Of a stretch of 36,512 bases of DNA, positions 33,821-36,512 are shown piece after piece. This DNA is from Endomicrobium sp. (lineage in GTDB: Bacteria; Elusimicrobiota; Endomicrobiia; Endomicrobiales; Endomicrobiaceae), in the NCBI GenBank assembly GCA_031273645.1, contig JAISRM010000144.1, forward strand, positions 1 to 36,512, in the 5' to 3' direction. The notes under the pieces are model-generated. The model was not told the DNA's origin. It made no database searches and saw nothing but the letters and a program-made list of their open reading frames with translations. The position numbers and the translations under genes are program-made. Positions within the stretch are counted from its first letter, which is position 1, and each line of letters begins with the position of its first letter.

Positions 33821-36079
33821 TTATGCGTCTGGTTTTGTCATAACGCAGACGAAGCCTGCTTTAACCGTAATTTTATATTCCCCGTCAACATAATCCGCTT
33901 TTGCGCTGCCGCCTTTGGAAAGGTCGCCAAAAAGTATTTCATCGGCAAAAGGGGATTTAATTTTTTCTTCAATAACGCGGCCGATGTTTCTTGCGCCAAA
34001 TTTTGCGCTGTAGCCGTCTTGGGCAAGTTTGTTTATACAATTGTCGCTGGCTTCAAACGTAATATTTTTTTGAGCAAGCAAATCTTTAAAGAGATTGAGT
34101 TCTTTGCAAACAATAGATTTAATCATTTCTTTTGAAAGATGTTTAAAATGAATAACAGCGTCAAGCCTGTTGCGAAATTCGGGATTAAAAATTTTTTCCA
34201 CCGCGCTGTTTACTGCAGAAAAGTCTATAGATTTATCATTAAAACCGATAAGCTTTTTTCCTATTTCATGAGCGCCGGCATTGCTTGTCATAATTAAAAC
34301 CGCATTTCTAAAGTCAGCTCTGCGGCCGTTATTGTCAGTTAAAGTTGCATAATCCATTATTTGAAGCAAAATATTGTAAATGTCGCTGTGAGCTTTTTCA
34401 ATTTCATCTAAAAGCACAACGCAATGAGGGTGTTTTCGCAGCGCGTCGGTAAGCAAGCCGCCTTCTTCATAGCCGACATATCCCGGAGGGGAACCTATAA
34501 GACGCGATATCGTGTGTTTTTCCTGATATTCGCTCATATCAAAACGGTGTAAAGTAATTCCTAAAATGTCGGCAAGCCCGCGGGCAAGCTCTGTTTTGCC
34601 TACTCCGGTCGGACCTACAAACATGAAATTTGCAATTGGTTTTTCTAAAGCGCGCAGCCCCGCCCGGGATTGTTTTATTGCTTTTACGACGGCGCTTACG
34701 GCATCATCCTGACCAAAAATGCGTTCTAACAATTTGCTTTCCAAAGATTTCAGTTTATCTTTTTCGCTTTCTATTACAGAACGCTGCGGTATTTTTGCCG
34801 ATTTTGCAATAATGCTTTCTATCAGTTTAGCGTCAATTTTTTCTGTTTTCATATTTTTTGCAGCTTTTATATGCGTAAAAGCGCCTGCTTCGTCAATTAT
34901 ATCAATAGCTTTGTCGGGAAGTCTGCGTTCGGTAATATATTGCGCAGAAAGCTTTACGGCAGTTTCAATTGCTTCGTCTGTATAGCTGACATGATGAAAT
35001 TCTTCATACTTAGATTTAAGACCCTGCAAAATAGTAATGGAATCGTCGATACTTGGTTCATCTATGTCAATTTTTTGAAAACGTCTTGAAAAAGCCCGCT
35101 CTTTATCAAAAAATTTAGCGTATTCTTCGTAAGTGGTGGAACCTATGCAGCGTATTTTGCCTGAGGCAAGGGCAGGTTTTAAAAGGTTTGCCGCATCAAG
35201 GGAATTTCCCGACACAGAGCCAAAACCTACAAGAGTGTGAATTTCGTCAATAAAGAGAATTGCGTTTTCCCTATTGACAATTTCATCTATAACCCGTTTT
35301 AAGCGCTCTTCAAAATCACCGCGGTATTTTGTTCCGGCAAGTAAAGCCGCTAAATCAAGAGAAAAAATAGAAAAATCGGCAAGCATAGGAGCAATATCAT
35401 TGTTGACAATTTTTTGAGCAAGGCCTTCGATGATTACGGTTTTTCCCACTCCGGAATCGCCTACAAGAACGGGATTATTTTTAAGGCGGCGGCAAAGAAC
35501 CTGTATTATGCGTTCAAGTTCGGTTTCGCGCCCGATTAAAGGTTCTAATTTGTTTTCGCCTGCAAGTTTTGTGAGGTTTATCGCATAACGTTCAAGCGCA
35601 TTTTTCTTTTTGCCCGCTTTTTCATGTGGATCTGAAATATTTTCTTCTTCATCTTCAATGTCATTATGAGAAAGCGCCGTCAGCAAATCAATTCGTTTAA
35701 TTCCGGCTTTACGCATAGAATAAGAACTGTAATATTTGGTTTCATCATATAAAGCTATTAAAATATCTGCAATGTCAACCGTATCTTTTTGAGCGTTCAG
35801 GCTGTTTTGCTGCGCGCGGTTTAGAATGTTTTGAAAACCTATGCTGCTTACGGGTTCTGTTTTTGCGCTAATAACGTCAACTTTTTGTTTAAAGTATTCT
35901 TCAATAAGAGTTCTAATCAATTTTATGTCTGCGCCGCAGTATGAAAATATTTCCTGAACCTCGCTGAAAGCGAGCGCCGCATATAAAATATGTTCGGGCG
36001 TAATATATTCGTGACGGTATTTGCGCGCCTCATTACAGGCGGCTTCTATAACAGATTGCGAAAGCTGGGAAATGTCCAT
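33821..36079 (-). CDS. clpA: ATP-dependent Clp protease ATP-binding subunit ClpA
   Basis: 752 aa. It has a Clp N-domain ([11 protein letters not shown]) and two AAA+ modules (GDSGVGKT / ILFIDEIH and [11 protein letters not shown] / [11 protein letters not shown]) with no ClpB-type middle domain. AGAGG is the RBS. Confidence 0.92.
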   Translation of the reverse strand: MDISQLSQSVIEAACNEARKYRHEYITPEHILYAALAFSEVQEIFSYCGADIKLIRTLIEEYFKQKVDVISAKTEPVSSIGFQNILNRAQQNSLNAQKDTVDIADILIALYDETKYYSSYSMRKAGIKRIDLLTALSHNDIEDEEENISDPHEKAGKKKNALERYAINLTKLAGENKLEPLIGRETELERIIQVLCRRLKNNPVLVGDSGVGKTVIIEGLAQKIVNNDIAPMLADFSIFSLDLAALLAGTKYRGDFEERLKRVIDEIVNRENAILFIDEIHTLVGFGSVSGNSLDAANLLKPALASGKIRCIGSTTYEEYAKFFDKERAFSRRFQKIDIDEPSIDDSITILQGLKSKYEEFHHVSYTDEAIETAVKLSAQYITERRLPDKAIDIIDEAGAFTHIKAAKNMKTEKIDAKLIESIIAKSAKIPQRSVIESEKDKLKSLESKLLERIFGQDDAVSAVVKAIKQSRAGLRALEKPIANFMFVGPTGVGKTELARGLADILGITLHRFDMSEYQEKHTISRLIGSPPGYVGYEEGGLLTDALRKHPHCVVLLDEIEKAHSDIYNILLQIMDYATLTDNNGRRADFRNAVLIMTSNAGAHEIGKKLIGFNDKSIDFSAVNSAVEKIFNPEFRNRLDAVIHFKHLSKEMIKSIVCKELNLFKDLLAQKNITFEASDNCINKLAQDGYSAKFGARNIGRVIEEKIKSPFADEILFGDLSKGGSAKADYVDGEYKITVKAGFVCVMTKPDA

Positions 36080-36121
36080 ATTTATGCCTCTTTAAACGGC
36101 AAAGCCGTTGTTAATTGTTAT

Positions 36122-36226
36122 TACGCAGACTTCGTCTGTTTTATGGGACGGTCGTATCTGTTTTGTCATCCCGCGCTTTTTAATTTTTCTTCCTAAGCAG
36201 CTTGCGCTCGAATACTCGCCGTCATT
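36122..36226. repeat. Intergenic repeat cluster R10 (degenerate)
   Basis: CAGACTTCGTCTGTTTTATGGG (36126-36147) followed by an eroded H/C module, TTTTGTCATCCCGCGCTTTTTAATTTTTCTTCCTAAGCAGCTTGCGCTCGA. Confidence 0.8.
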
Positions 36227-36409
36227 TGCAAAAACTATTCCCCGAAAATTTTAATTAAAGCGCATTTGCGTCGCCCGCCGTTAATTGCGCCGCAGAAAAC
36301 TTATTCCTCTTTTTGAACAATTCACATATTTTTTTAAAGGGTTGCAAAACTATTTTAGATGAAAGATATACAATTATAACATACTAATGCAAAATTGAGG
36401 ATGGGCGAA

Positions 36410-36512
36410 ATGAAAATAAAATTGAACTTGAAAAATTTGTTTACCCGCAAAAAAACTTTGTTGACGAAAATTATTTCTCTTGCTGTGGCGGTATGTTTTA
36501 TATTTAATGCCA
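36410..36512 (+). CDS. 5' end of an unidentified gene (N-terminal signal or TM segment), truncated by the window end
   Basis: GAGGA (36397-36401) lies 8 nt before ATG 36410. The reading MKIKLNLKNLFTRKKTLLTKIISLAVAVCFIFNA stays open to the window edge. It is too short for the ORF track. Confidence 0.45.
   Translation, partial: MKIKLNLKNLFTRKKTLLTKIISLAVAVCFIFNA

Overview
This is a 36.5-kb window from an AT-rich bacterium (about 40% GC by eye). It has diderm hallmarks (ADP-heptose genes, lipoprotein and Sec signals), but I cannot assign the taxon from sequence alone. Gene content, left to right on the plus strand: tRNA-Met(CAU); a polytopic membrane protein with a spermidine-synthase-like core; a 1346-aa secreted protein made of 13 tandem carboxypeptidase-regulatory-like beta-sandwich repeats, whose stop overlaps the aroB start ahead of aroB-aroQ; cspA (minus strand); pepP-efp-accB-accC; gmhA and hldC (rfaE domain II); a ThiD2-like protein; a Pif1-family helicase; an amine-dehydrogenase-like / FMN glutamate-synthase-like gene pair; and an AbiEi-AbiEii type IV toxin-antitoxin cassette. 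On the minus strand follow clpA, a 169-aa signal-anchored protein, a 2529-aa giant envelope protein of no family I recognise, and a clan GH-A lipoprotein. Two things stand out. (1) Nearly every inter-operon gap (10 gaps, roughly 4 kb or 11% of the window by hand tally) is filled with one mosaic family of palindromic repeats. These include GAAA-capped hairpins with compensatory stem changes, CAGNC-GAA-GNCTG mini-hairpins that often abut stop codons, 127-bp and 200-bp MITE-like units with TGTCATTCCC termini, nested insertions and local tandem duplications. No transposase is present in the window. (2) The giant ORF contains an internal Met plus signal-peptide-like segment, an internal sorting-anchor-like segment and a helical hairpin. 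These divide it into modules: Tiki/TraB-like motifs, a six-fold Trp-helix periodicity suggesting an alpha/alpha-6 glycosidase fold, a beta-rich module and two large unknown modules. Together with its flanking genes it may be a fused or processed multi-enzyme surface system. All functional calls rest on motif recognition by eye; no database search was run.
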